From contig NC_068984.1 of NCBI RefSeq assembly GCF_001194135.2, positions 38,190,617-38,254,616 on the forward strand: a stretch of DNA of 64,000 nt, read 5' to 3'. The stretch comes from Octopus bimaculoides. Lineage: Eukaryota. This document shows positions 63,291 to 64,000 of this stretch, piece by piece. Below the pieces are notes generated by a model. That model did not search any database. It worked only from the letters and a program-made list of their open reading frames with translations, and was not told the DNA's origin. The translations under genes were made by a program, and so were the position numbers. How positions within the stretch are numbered: the stretch's first letter is position 1; each line of letters opens with the position of its first letter.

Positions 63291-64000
63291 TATATATATT
63301 ACAAGTGGGGTGATGAATCACTGCTATCTCTCGCGATTGAATATCCATTGACAAGACTGTGTGCTGGTGGTCTCAGTGCTGGAGGTGGTGGGGATTTATC
63401 TTCTCACTAGCATTTTGCACCAAAAGCCAATATGAGAGCTTTTCTCATGATATCTACTGCAATATAGTTTGTTTTAATAGAACATCCACATTTAACTGCG
63501 GATATATATTACCTCTTGGTACTAATACTGCCTCTATTACTAATAATCTTATCACAGCTTCTGTCAATCCATCACCTTGGATTGGAACTCTTTTTAATGA
63601 TTTTGAAAGTATGAAAGACAAAGTCCTCAGTAAAATTTGAATTCAGAGTGTAGAGAGTCAAAATAAAAACAGAAGATGCTATCTAACATTCAACCAGGAT
63701 TCTAACTATGGTCATTCCATCCTTGTTGTGGGATATACTCTCCATACAGTTAAAATTCAAAACATGTAGTCCTAAATTTAAAATGGCTTGTTGAAAGAAA
63801 TTTAACATCCACAGTAAATAAGATGAGCAACTTCACAACTCTCTGGCGGTTGTGATCTGACCGTTTATATTTATTTGTTTTAATGGTCACAATTTTCACA
63901 ACTCTACAGCAATAAGAAGGTTGATTTATTCATTTTTATCTAAAGTTTATTTTATTAATTAACCATAGAAAGTGGGATAGTGATCATGACATTTGTGAAG

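Overview
AT-rich eukaryotic genomic DNA, not prokaryotic, and almost entirely non-coding. The repeat families and the long 18S variable-region expansion point to an octopod/coleoid cephalopod; this is from recognition, not a database search. There are six N-gaps, most of them abutting microsatellites. Nearly all ORFs in the supplied track are microsatellite, low-complexity or gap artefacts. Supportable content: (i) at least four high-copy SINE/LINE-tail families; (ii) decayed fragments of Penelope-like, RTE, CR1/L2-like, R4/Dong-like, HERO-like and Ty3/Gypsy retroelements; (iii) Tc1/mariner (maT-like, mariner, pogo), hAT/Charlie and piggyBac-like DNA transposon remnants, plus two MITEs with exact 8-bp target-site duplications; (iv) an ~800-bp decayed 18S rRNA fragment on the minus strand; (v) a ~12-kb CpG-retaining domain (~6.5-19 kb) with a candidate first coding exon (MSALTGENPYRK) of a minus-strand gene; (vi) a few candidate small plus-strand exons. 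No host gene could be named, and I see no CRISPR array or intact tRNA gene. The most unusual structures are a nested foldback element whose two internal hairpins have inverted stems but same-orientation loops (19821-20550), a TIR element carrying telomere-like repeats (12874-13031), the 18S relic with its V7 expansion, and a hAT nest with an inverted duplication ending at a MITE terminus. I found no evidence for a complete novel multi-gene system.
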